DNA of 32,000 nucleotides from Haloquadratum walsbyi C23. GTDB lineage: Archaea > Halobacteriota > Halobacteria > Halobacteriales > Haloferacaceae. The position numbers were made by a program, and so were the translations under genes. Under the pieces are notes generated by a model. It saw only the letters and a program-made list of their open reading frames with translations, ran no database searches and had not been told where the DNA came from. Position 1 is the stretch's first letter; each line of letters opens with the position of its first letter. This document shows, one piece after another, positions 1 to 7,375 of the stretch. The stretch is taken from NCBI RefSeq assembly GCF_000237865.1, contig NC_017459.1, forward strand, positions 3,116,034 to 3,148,033, given 5' to 3'.

Positions 1-155
1 CGGTGACGATTCGGCAGCGAGACACAGGTCGACAAGTCCGAGCACCAATTGCAGTCGTCACTGAGTTGATTCAATCTGTACAATCTGATGAAATAATATT
101 CGAGAACCTCACTGACGCATATGACGCTGTCGAGTGGGCAAACAAAAGCGAGTAA
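1..155 (+). CDS. 3' end of a CDS entering from upstream of the window (last 50 codons); possibly the anticodon-binding C-terminus of a class IIa aminoacyl-tRNA synthetase
   Basis: The frame is open from position 3 to TAA at 153-155. It translates to VTIRQRDTGRQVRAPIAVVTELIQSVQSDEIIFENLTDAYDAVEWANKSE. The VTxRxRD...QxRxPI pattern resembles the end of Gly/Thr/Pro/His-tRNA synthetases, from memory only. It is absent from the ORF track because no start codon lies in the window. Confidence 0.35.
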   Translation, partial: VTIRQRDTGRQVRAPIAVVTELIQSVQSDEIIFENLTDAYDAVEWANKSE

Positions 156-164
156 GCACTGGTC

Positions 165-992
165 GTGACACCAAATCCCGACGAGCGGATAGGGAGCAAT
201 ACTGACGCTGATACTGATGGACGAGCAGAATCAGAAAGTGGCACCGAATCATCCGCAGAGGCTGATCAGGTTGAGTCGGTGTTTACTGTACTAAATGTGG
301 TGAGCGTATCTATTGAGGACAACAAGTATGTTACGTTGGTGTTGAATCACAGCGACAACTCAAATTCCAGATCAGTTTCGGGTAATGAAATAAAGCGTCG
401 ACTTGTGCATGCAAGTGGTACTGTGTTACCACTGCTATATGTGATTAACATACTCAGTTGGTCAGTATTTGAGATAATCATGATTATCGGGGCAGCTACA
501 GCGGCTTTGCTTGAGACGGTTCGACTTTTTATTGGGCTTGAATGGCGTATCTATGATGAACTTACCCGATCATACGAGCAGACGAATATTGCTGGATATG
601 CGTTATACGCATTCAGTAGCACCACAGTCATTATTGTATTTACTCCTGTAATTGCGGTTCCAGCAATGATGATGTTAACGCTTGGCGATCCAATCTCTGG
701 GTTGTTGGGCACAACACGGGCTGCTGGGGAGTCAAAGCGTCCGCGGACACTTGTTGTGATGTTTACGGTGTGCTTTGTGATTGGACTGGTCTTTTTGTTT
801 CCAATAGCGGGAACGACCGGAGTAATTAGCGCTGGGGTCGCTGCGGTTGGAGCGACGGTTGCAGACGGAATAAAGCCAGTTGTTGGTGGTTATGTTATTG
901 ATGATAACTTTTCGATTCCACTGATAGCAGCGACTGGATCAAGCATTATATTATCTGTAGGTGGACATCAGCCAATCATTTCGCTTTACTGA
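165..992 (+). CDS. Dolichol kinase-like polytopic membrane protein (CTP-dependent polyprenol kinase / CdsA superfamily); start uncertain
   Basis: 275-aa ORF with a GTG start. It has multiple hydrophobic helices. Motifs recalled for haloarchaeal dolichol kinases are present: RSYEQTNIAGYALY, LGDPISGLLG, ADGIKPVVGGYVIDDNFSIP. The first ~75 residues are low-complexity and may not be translated; in-frame GTG/TTG codons occur further in. Confidence 0.6.
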   Translation: MTPNPDERIGSNTDADTDGRAESESGTESSAEADQVESVFTVLNVVSVSIEDNKYVTLVLNHSDNSNSRSVSGNEIKRRLVHASGTVLPLLYVINILSWSVFEIIMIIGAATAALLETVRLFIGLEWRIYDELTRSYEQTNIAGYALYAFSSTTVIIVFTPVIAVPAMMMLTLGDPISGLLGTTRAAGESKRPRTLVVMFTVCFVIGLVFLFPIAGTTGVISAGVAAVGATVADGIKPVVGGYVIDDNFSIPLIAATGSSIILSVGGHQPIISLY

Positions 993-1080
993 TCGAAAAA
1001 TTCGTGTGAGACTGCTCTCGAAAAGATTTAGTACATGCCATTGAATATTTAGTGTAATGAATTGGTGTAGTTGGCAAAAT

Positions 1081-1167
1081 ATGCGTTCACCAACGAAAGA
1101 CATCGTTGTTATGTCTATGAGTCATGACGTCGTGAGTCAGACTCGACGGCGGCGACGGGCCGTTTAG
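1081..1167 (+). CDS. Candidate 28-codon mini-ORF with an RRRRR run (possible leader peptide); speculative
   Basis: ATG 1081 to TAG 1165-1167 gives MRSPTKDIVVMSMSHDVVSQTRRRRRAV. Codons 22-26 are CGA CGG CGG CGA CGG (1144-1158). An AATATTTA box at 1044-1051 lies ~30 nt upstream. The ORF is too short for the ORF track. Confidence 0.2.
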   Translation: MRSPTKDIVVMSMSHDVVSQTRRRRRAV

Positions 1168-1183
1168 GCCCAGATATATTTTT
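1157..1183 (+). terminator. Hairpin GGGCC-GTTTA-GGCCC followed by TTTTT; terminator-like element overlapping the mini-ORF stop codon
   Basis: The 5-bp GC stem is 1157-1161 pairing with 1167-1171, and the loop contains the TAG stop. The T5 tract is at 1179-1183. Read directly from the sequence. Confidence 0.3.
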
Positions 1184-1209
1184 ACTACATGTCTCGACAG
1201 AAATTGATT

Positions 1210-1249
1210 AGATGCTATTATTTTATCTATAGGCATCTCTCTCGTTTTT
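1210..1249 (+). terminator. Second hairpin (AGATGCTAT / ATAgGCATCT, one bulged G) followed by TTTTT
   Basis: 1210-1218 pairs with 1229-1238, giving 9 bp and a 10-nt loop. The T5 tract is at 1245-1249. The element lies just upstream of the putative argG TATA box. Confidence 0.3.
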
Positions 1250-1271
1250 ATTCATAACGTTAAACCGTGTA

Positions 1272-1278
1272 TTTTATA
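1272..1278 (+). promoter_or_regulatory. TATA-like box (TTTTATA) for a near-leaderless argG transcript
   Basis: It is centred ~30 nt upstream of the argG ATG (1305). That is the spacing expected for archaeal TATA-to-TSS distance with a leaderless mRNA. Confidence 0.4.
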
Positions 1279-1304
1279 CGAAAGAGCGCCTGAGATGGTG
1301 ATAT

Positions 1305-2498
1305 ATGACACGTGTGGCACTCGCATTTTCTGGCGGGCTCGACACGACAGTATGTGTTTCACTGCTCAAGGAAGAATACGGGTACGATGAGGTAATCGGC
1401 GTCACTGTCGATGTTGGTCAGCCAGCAACCGAGTTTGAAGAGGCACAAGCGACCGCCGACGCGCATGGTATTGATCTGCATGTTGTCGACGCAACAGCCG
1501 AGTTTGTTGATCTATGCTTTGATTCTGTCCGGGCAAATGCAACGTATCAAGGATATCCTCTTGGGACAGCACTGGCTCGTCCGATAATCGCAGAATCGAT
1601 CGTATCCGTTGCTAAGGCTGAGAATTGCGATGCACTCGCACACGGCTGTACGGGGAAAGGGAATGATCAACTTCGTTTCGAGGCTGTGTGGCGAAATTCA
1701 GATCTTACCGTTATCGCTCCGATTCGTGAACTTGAGTTGACACGGGAATGGGAACAAGAGTATGCTGCTGAACATAATCTTCCGGTTCAAGCTGGAAATG
1801 ATGGTGTTTGGTCGATTGATACGAATCTGTGGAGTCGCTCAATTGAGGGTGGGAAGCTTGAGGATCCGAACTATACCCCACCTGAGGACGTCTATGAATG
1901 GACAGCTGATCCAGCAACTACCACTGAGACCGAACTCATCACCATTGGGTTTGAATCGGGATATCCAGTGAGCATCAACGATAACGCGTACGACCCTGTC
2001 GAACTCGTTGAGACGCTTAATGAGGTTGCAGGAGAGCATGGTGTCGGGCGAACAGATATGATGGAAGATCGTATGCTCGGGTTGAAAGTGCGCGAAAATT
2101 ATGAACATCCCGCTGCGACAACATTATTAAACGCTCATAAAGCCCTTGAAGGGCTTGTTCTCACGAAGGATGAGCGAGATTTCAAGCGTCATATCGACAG
2201 TGAGTGGGCACAGAAGGGATATGAGGGGCTTGTCGATCATCCACTAATGGGTGCGTTGGAAGGATTCATCGATGCAACACAACAGCGAGTAACCGGAACG
2301 GTCACAATCAAATTTGAGGGTGGGCAAGCACGCCCAGTCGGTCGTGAATCTGCCGCTGCCGCATATTCTGCGGACGCCGCATCATTCAATACAAGTTCGA
2401 TTGGCGAGATAACGCAACAGGATGCAACAGGTATCGCAAAGTATCATGGATACCAGGGTCGCATTGCGAATGCAGCTACTGAAACTGATACAAAATAA
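1305..2498 (+). CDS. argG: Argininosuccinate synthase
   Basis: 397 aa. The N-terminal AFSGGLDTTV PP-loop signature is present, and the protein looks like ArgG along its full length (GCTGKGNDQLRFE). Confidence 0.97.
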   Translation: MTRVALAFSGGLDTTVCVSLLKEEYGYDEVIGVTVDVGQPATEFEEAQATADAHGIDLHVVDATAEFVDLCFDSVRANATYQGYPLGTALARPIIAESIVSVAKAENCDALAHGCTGKGNDQLRFEAVWRNSDLTVIAPIRELELTREWEQEYAAEHNLPVQAGNDGVWSIDTNLWSRSIEGGKLEDPNYTPPEDVYEWTADPATTTETELITIGFESGYPVSINDNAYDPVELVETLNEVAGEHGVGRTDMMEDRMLGLKVRENYEHPAATTLLNAHKALEGLVLTKDERDFKRHIDSEWAQKGYEGLVDHPLMGALEGFIDATQQRVTGTVTIKFEGGQARPVGRESAAAAYSADAASFNTSSIGEITQQDATGIAKYHGYQGRIANAATETDTK

Positions 2499-2504
2499 CT
2501 AATC

Positions 2505-4013
2505 ATGAGTGAGGAGAACCCGGCGAATGCTGTCAACGATACCAACGAAACAGATCCATCAGATAATATAGGTGTCGTCCGACGTGAGCGATTTAGCGGT
2601 GGTCCAGCTCGTGGGTTCCTCTCAAGTCTTGCTGCCGACGAGCGAATTTTTGCAGCCGATATTGCTGTTGACCGTGCGCATGTTGTCATGTTGATTGAAC
2701 AGGATATCATCGACGCGGCAACTGGGGAGTCAATACTCACTGCGCTTGACTCAGTTGAGACCGCAGGTCATGATGAGCTTCCAGACGGTGAAGATGTTCA
2801 TGAGGCGATTGAAACAGCGGTCATCGACCGTGTCGGTCCAGCAGGCGGGAAGATGCATACTGCACGAAGCCGAAACGATGAGGTTGCAACATGTATTCGA
2901 TATCGACTTCGATCGGATTTGCTTCAGGCAATCGATGCAACATTAGAGTTAGAGAAGATACTGCTTGAGGCTGGAAAGGCTTATACAGAGACCATAATGC
3001 CCGGATATACACATCTTCAGCCGGCACAGCCAATCACTGTCGGACACTGGTTATGTTCATATGCGGCTGGAATAGAGCGCGACACTGCCCGGTTACTTGA
3101 TGCATATGACCGTGTGAATACATCACCGCTTGGTGCTGCTGCATTCGCTGGGACGCCATTCGAGATTGATCGTGAGCGAACAGCGACCCTGTTGGGATTC
3201 GATGATGTACTTGAGAATACGATAGATGCTGTCGCTGCTCGAGATAGTTTGATAGAGACTCTCAGCGCACTTGCAGCGCACGCGATAACACTGTCTGGGA
3301 TGGCTGAGGATCTCATAATATTCGCTAATAAAGGATATGTGAAGCTTGCAGATCAATACGCCTCGACATCCTCAATTATGCCACAAAAAGTCAATCCAGA
3401 TACACTTGAACTCGTGAGGGCGGTCGCTGGGGATGTCACAGGGGAGTTGACTGGACTGTTGACAACATTGAAAGGACTCCCGCGGGCGTACAATCGGGAT
3501 CTTCAACGTGCAACGCCGCACGTTTGGGGAGCAATTGACGATACCACCGAAACAACAGCAATCGTTGGTGGAGCAATCAAAACAGCACAGTGGGCTGATG
3601 AAGCACTTGAATCGGCTGCTGGGGATGGATTCTCGACAGCAACAGGCATTGCAGATGCACTTGCAATGGCGGGGATTCCATTTCGAACCGCACATGAGGT
3701 CCTTGCAGTTGCAACCGACCGTGCAGGTAATGAAACACCAACAGTTGAGACGTTGAACCATGCCGCCGAAGACATTCTTGGAGAGTCGCTATTCACGTAT
3801 GTTGATCAGGACACAATTATTGATATCCTCGATCCCGTCATGAACGTCAGTACTCGAGACTCTCGCGGAGGACCAGCGACAACGGCTGTCACTGCAACAA
3901 TCGAAATGTATGAAAATAATCACACTACACAGACAACCGCGCATGAGACGCGTCGCAATAAAATCACCAGTGCTAATGCATTATTAGACCAGGAGGTACA
4001 GGAATATGTCTAG
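2505..4013 (+). CDS. argH: Argininosuccinate lyase
   Basis: 502 aa. It carries the fumarate-lyase superfamily signature SSIMPQKVNPD and the TARSRNDEVAT motif. It starts 6 nt after the argG stop. Confidence 0.97.
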   Translation: MSEENPANAVNDTNETDPSDNIGVVRRERFSGGPARGFLSSLAADERIFAADIAVDRAHVVMLIEQDIIDAATGESILTALDSVETAGHDELPDGEDVHEAIETAVIDRVGPAGGKMHTARSRNDEVATCIRYRLRSDLLQAIDATLELEKILLEAGKAYTETIMPGYTHLQPAQPITVGHWLCSYAAGIERDTARLLDAYDRVNTSPLGAAAFAGTPFEIDRERTATLLGFDDVLENTIDAVAARDSLIETLSALAAHAITLSGMAEDLIIFANKGYVKLADQYASTSSIMPQKVNPDTLELVRAVAGDVTGELTGLLTTLKGLPRAYNRDLQRATPHVWGAIDDTTETTAIVGGAIKTAQWADEALESAAGDGFSTATGIADALAMAGIPFRTAHEVLAVATDRAGNETPTVETLNHAAEDILGESLFTYVDQDTIIDILDPVMNVSTRDSRGGPATTAVTATIEMYENNHTTQTTAHETRRNKITSANALLDQEVQEYV

Positions 4014-4078
4014 TTGCTTCCCTCAATATCACCGGGGGACCCCACTCGATGTGACAGATGACCCACCGGGATTACGAC

Positions 4079-4094
4079 GTCCCCAGTTGGGGAC
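4079..4094. promoter_or_regulatory. Inverted repeat GTCCCCA-GT-TGGGGAC in the argH/lysW spacer
   Basis: Perfect 7-bp arms separated by 2 nt, read directly from the sequence. It lies 66 nt after the argH stop and ~140 nt before lysW. Confidence 0.2.
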
Positions 4095-4232
4095 ACATAA
4101 TATATGAAATTTGATATTGATTCTGAATAAGTCGTCTGAGCGCCCGTATGCCATCATTAGTCACCTCTGCAGTATTGTAAATTATCCTACAATTTCGATG
4201 GGTTTAAGTCTCCTCCTCGCAGAATATTAGCT

Positions 4233-4412
4233 ATGGTAGAAACCATTATGGGAGAAGATCCGCTCACGGGAGAGGAGATTGAAATCCCAGCTAATGTAGA
4301 GGTTGGAGAAATCGTTGATAGTCCTGCAACAGGGGCCGAGCTTGAAATTGTTGCCACCGATCCATTGACACTTGAAGAGGCTCCAGAGCTCGAAGAGGAT
4401 TGGGGCGAGTGA
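4233..4412 (+). CDS. lysW: LysW/ArgW amino-group carrier protein (cysteine-less variant)
   Basis: 59 codons, below the ORF-track cutoff: MVETIMGEDPLTGEEIEIPANVEVGEIVDSPATGAELEIVATDPLTLEEAPELEEDWGE. It has the diagnostic C-terminal EDWGE tail. It ends 1 nt before the argX ATG. An alternative start is at 4248. Confidence 0.85.
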   Translation: MVETIMGEDPLTGEEIEIPANVEVGEIVDSPATGAELEIVATDPLTLEEAPELEEDWGE

Positions 4413-4413
4413 G

Positions 4414-5313
4414 ATGAACGTCGGGCTGCTTTACTCTCGGATTCGGCAGGATGAGAAGCTTCTGCTGTCTGAGTTGCGGAGTCGTGGACACACCATCACG
4501 AAAATCGATATCCGAGATGAGCAGTTCGATATCGCCAACCCACCAGCAGCGTTTACACAGGTTGACGTCGTTCTTGATCGATGTTTGGCAACGAGCCGAA
4601 GTTACTACATAACGCAATTTCTGGAAGCATATGGCATACCCATCATTAATGACGCCACAACAGCGGATGTATGTGCGGATAAAGTAAAAAACAGTCTTGC
4701 ATTACAATCTGCAGAAGTCCCGACACCACGGACGGAGGTGGCATTCACCACCGACAGTGCAATGGAGTCAATTGAGCGATTTGGCTACCCTTGTATTTTA
4801 AAACCAGTCGTTGGCTCTTGGGGGCGGCTAATGGCAAAGATCGATTCAGCATCTGCCGCAGAGGCTATTCTTGAGCATAAGTCGACGCTTGGGCATTATG
4901 AACATAAAGTGTTCTATATCCAGGAGTTCGTCTCAAAGCCTGGTCGGGATATTCGTGTGCTTGCTGCTGACGGTGAGCCAATCGCTGCAATGACACGAAC
5001 CGCAGACCACTGGTTGACAAACGCCGCAAAAGGAGCAGAGACAGCTCCCTTTAGTCTTGATGACAGAGCTCGTGAATTGGTCGCAGACGCATCAAAAGCC
5101 GTTGGAGGCGGGCTTCTTGGAATTGATTTGATGGAAACTGGTGGTGGTGATTATACCGTCCATGAGATCAATCACACTGTTGAATTCAAAGCGCTCAACG
5201 ACGCTGTGAGTACTGATGTGCCGGGAGAGGTCATTGATTGGCTGGAGATGACTATTGACGCGCTAAGTGATAGCAATGGCAACGAGATAATCACCGATGC
5301 AGAGACAACATGA
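4414..5313 (+). CDS. argX: LysW-glutamate/aminoadipate ligase (RimK/LysX-type ATP-grasp enzyme)
   Basis: The ATP-grasp fold looks like LysX/ArgX (MNVGLLYSRIRQDEKLL..., ILKPVVGSWGR, EINHTVEF). The track ORF starts at 4372, but the ATG at 4414 gives the conserved N-terminus and avoids overlapping lysW. Confidence 0.9.
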   Translation: MNVGLLYSRIRQDEKLLLSELRSRGHTITKIDIRDEQFDIANPPAAFTQVDVVLDRCLATSRSYYITQFLEAYGIPIINDATTADVCADKVKNSLALQSAEVPTPRTEVAFTTDSAMESIERFGYPCILKPVVGSWGRLMAKIDSASAAEAILEHKSTLGHYEHKVFYIQEFVSKPGRDIRVLAADGEPIAAMTRTADHWLTNAAKGAETAPFSLDDRARELVADASKAVGGGLLGIDLMETGGGDYTVHEINHTVEFKALNDAVSTDVPGEVIDWLEMTIDALSDSNGNEIITDAETT

Positions 5314-5333
5314 GCATGAGCATGAGCAAGAGC
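5310..5333. repeat. Hexanucleotide tandem repeat (ATGAGC)x3 plus a degenerate AAGAGC copy at the argX/argC junction
   Basis: Read directly: ATGAGCATGAGCATGAGCAAGAGC. It encodes MSMSMSKS in argC and contains the argX TGA stop. Confidence 0.85.
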
Positions 5334-6383
5334 AAAGCACACATGAATAAATACACTGCATCTGTTGTTGGTGGGTCTGGATTTACTGGGGGAGAATTAC
5401 TCCGATTGCTCACGCAACATCCGTATTTTGAGGTAGTTCAGGCGACGAGTAGATCGAAGACTCATAAAACTATTGGGAATGTCCATCCTAATCTTCGCTC
5501 GGTTGACCTTCGTTTTACAGATCCAAGCGAGCTTGAGTCGGTTGATATACTCTTTGCGGCGACACCGCATGGAGTCTCAATGCAACAGATTGAGTCATTT
5601 ACTGCAGCCGCTGATACCGTTGTAGATTTATCTGCGGATTTTCGGTTGAATTCAGCTGAGCAGTATGATGAGTGGTATGATGGACATGCCTGTCCAGAGT
5701 ATCTTGAAGATGCAGAGTACGCCCTTCCAGAGATCAATCGGTCGAATCTCGTTGGTGCATCGTTGATTGCATCCGGTGGATGTAATGCAACAGCAACAAT
5801 CCTTGGATTGAAGCCACTCTTTGATGCGGATATTCTCACTGGCGACGAGCAGGTCGTTGTTGATCTAAAGGTCGGCTCCTCAGAGGGTGGAGCTGGTGGC
5901 GGAGATGCCTCAAGCCATCCGGAGCGATCAGGGGTTGTCCGACCATATGCGCCGACAGGGCATCGTCATGAAGCCGAAATTGAGCAGTTTCTTGGACTCT
6001 CGGTATCATTTACTGCACATGCCGTTGAGATGACCCGAGGGGCAAGCGCGACCTGTCATGTATTTCCATCCGAACCGGTCTCAAATAGCGAGTTATGGGG
6101 TGCATACCATGATGTCTATGCTGAGGAGCCATTCATGCGGACAGTCGCAGGTGGTGGTGGTGTATATCGATATCCAGAGCCGAAGTCAGTCGCCGGAAGT
6201 AATTACGCTGAGGTTGGATTTGAGCGTGACCCAGAGAATCATCGGCTTGTCATATTCTCAGCGATTGATAATATGATGAAGGGTTCAGCTGGACAAGCAG
6301 TTCATGCAGCAAATATTGCGCTTGGGATTGATGAGACGACAGGACTCGAGTTTACAGGATTGCACCCGGTGGGGGCACCATAA
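5310..6383 (+). CDS. argC: N-acetyl-gamma-glutamyl-phosphate / LysW-glutamyl-phosphate reductase
   Basis: 357 aa with GGSGFTGGELLRLL (NAD binding) and the active-site region SGGCNATA. An ATGA overlap joins it to the argX stop. Several in-frame ATGs exist (5310, 5316, 5322, 5343), so the exact start is uncertain. Confidence 0.95.
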   Translation: MSMSMSKSKAHMNKYTASVVGGSGFTGGELLRLLTQHPYFEVVQATSRSKTHKTIGNVHPNLRSVDLRFTDPSELESVDILFAATPHGVSMQQIESFTAAADTVVDLSADFRLNSAEQYDEWYDGHACPEYLEDAEYALPEINRSNLVGASLIASGGCNATATILGLKPLFDADILTGDEQVVVDLKVGSSEGGAGGGDASSHPERSGVVRPYAPTGHRHEAEIEQFLGLSVSFTAHAVEMTRGASATCHVFPSEPVSNSELWGAYHDVYAEEPFMRTVAGGGGVYRYPEPKSVAGSNYAEVGFERDPENHRLVIFSAIDNMMKGSAGQAVHAANIALGIDETTGLEFTGLHPVGAP

Positions 6384-7375
6384 TGGAACAGACAGATGAT
6401 GAATTAGACTTTGCAGAAACAGATGTCAGATCTGAAGATATGAGTAATGATGCTCACACTGGTCAAGAAGTGAATAGTAATTCGGGACATGAAGAGAAAG
6501 TTGCTCACCCAGATAATCCGGTTGTAATAAAAATCGGCGGTGCTCGTGCAGTGGATCCGGCTGATGCAGTTGAGGATATCGCAACGCTTGTTGCTGATGG
6601 GCGAGATATCATTGTTGTTCATGGCGGATCAACGGCTGTAGATAAGACACTTGAAGCACTTGGTGAGGAGCCGACGTATGTTGAGACCCCTCAAGGGATT
6701 GTTGGACGGTTTACAGATGAGAGGACAATGGAGGTGTTCTCAATGGTGCTTCCAGGAAAAATTAATACAGATCTAACCGTCTCCCTGCAGTCCGCAGGTG
6801 TCAATGCTCTTGGATTGTCAGGCGTTGATGGGGAGTTGCTTTGTGGTCCTCGGAAGTCAGCAGTCCGTATCGTTGAAGATGGACGGAAGAAGATCAAACG
6901 TGGAGACCACTCAGGAATGATCAAGACGGTGAATGAGTCGCTATTAACAACGCTACTACAGAATGACTATACACCGGTGGTGACAGTGCCAATGCTTGCC
7001 GATGATGGGGTTGCGGTTAACGCTGATGCGGACCGCGCTGCTGCAGCAATTGCTGGAGCACTCAGTGGAGAACTAGTCGTTCTCACCGACGTTGCCGGCG
7101 TATATCGCGACCCTGATACGGAATCGACACTTATTGAATCAGTTCAAACACCAGCAGAGTTTGATATCCTAAATGACGTTGCAGAGGGCTTTATGACAAA
7201 GAAAATAATGGCTGCTGAGGAAGCACTCAACAGCGGTGCAACGACTGTAATAATTGCAAATGCGAATGCAGCAGAGCCAATTACTGCTGCGTTAGCCGGT
7301 CGTGGTACCCATATCGACACGAACGCAGTTGAATCGGAGATGAATGTAATCGATACCCAGGAGCAGACACAATGA
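6383..7375 (+). CDS. argB: Acetylglutamate / LysW-glutamate kinase (amino acid kinase family)
   Basis: 330 aa with VVIKIGGA, VVHGGS and an AAK fold. It overlaps the argC TAA stop by 1 nt (TAATG). It has a ~45-residue acidic N-terminal extension. Confidence 0.93.
   Translation: MEQTDDELDFAETDVRSEDMSNDAHTGQEVNSNSGHEEKVAHPDNPVVIKIGGARAVDPADAVEDIATLVADGRDIIVVHGGSTAVDKTLEALGEEPTYVETPQGIVGRFTDERTMEVFSMVLPGKINTDLTVSLQSAGVNALGLSGVDGELLCGPRKSAVRIVEDGRKKIKRGDHSGMIKTVNESLLTTLLQNDYTPVVTVPMLADDGVAVNADADRAAAAIAGALSGELVVLTDVAGVYRDPDTESTLIESVQTPAEFDILNDVAEGFMTKKIMAAEEALNSGATTVIIANANAAEPITAALAGRGTHIDTNAVESEMNVIDTQEQTQ

Noticed and set aside
1118-1139. Reading the TGAGTCA / TGACGTC motifs as GCN4/AP-1/CRE-type bZIP sites (general amino-acid control analogy).
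   Set aside because: bZIP factors are eukaryotic and no archaeal counterpart is known, so the resemblance is almost certainly coincidental. Only the dyad symmetry itself is retained as an observation.
4372-4413. Longer N-termini proposed by the track for argX (4372), uvrB (20024), rhodanese (24186, TTG) and the 2H-phosphoesterase (15242).
   Set aside because: In each case a downstream ATG gives the conserved family N-terminus. The extension would overlap lysW (for argX), or it consists of basic or odd residues started from alternative codons.
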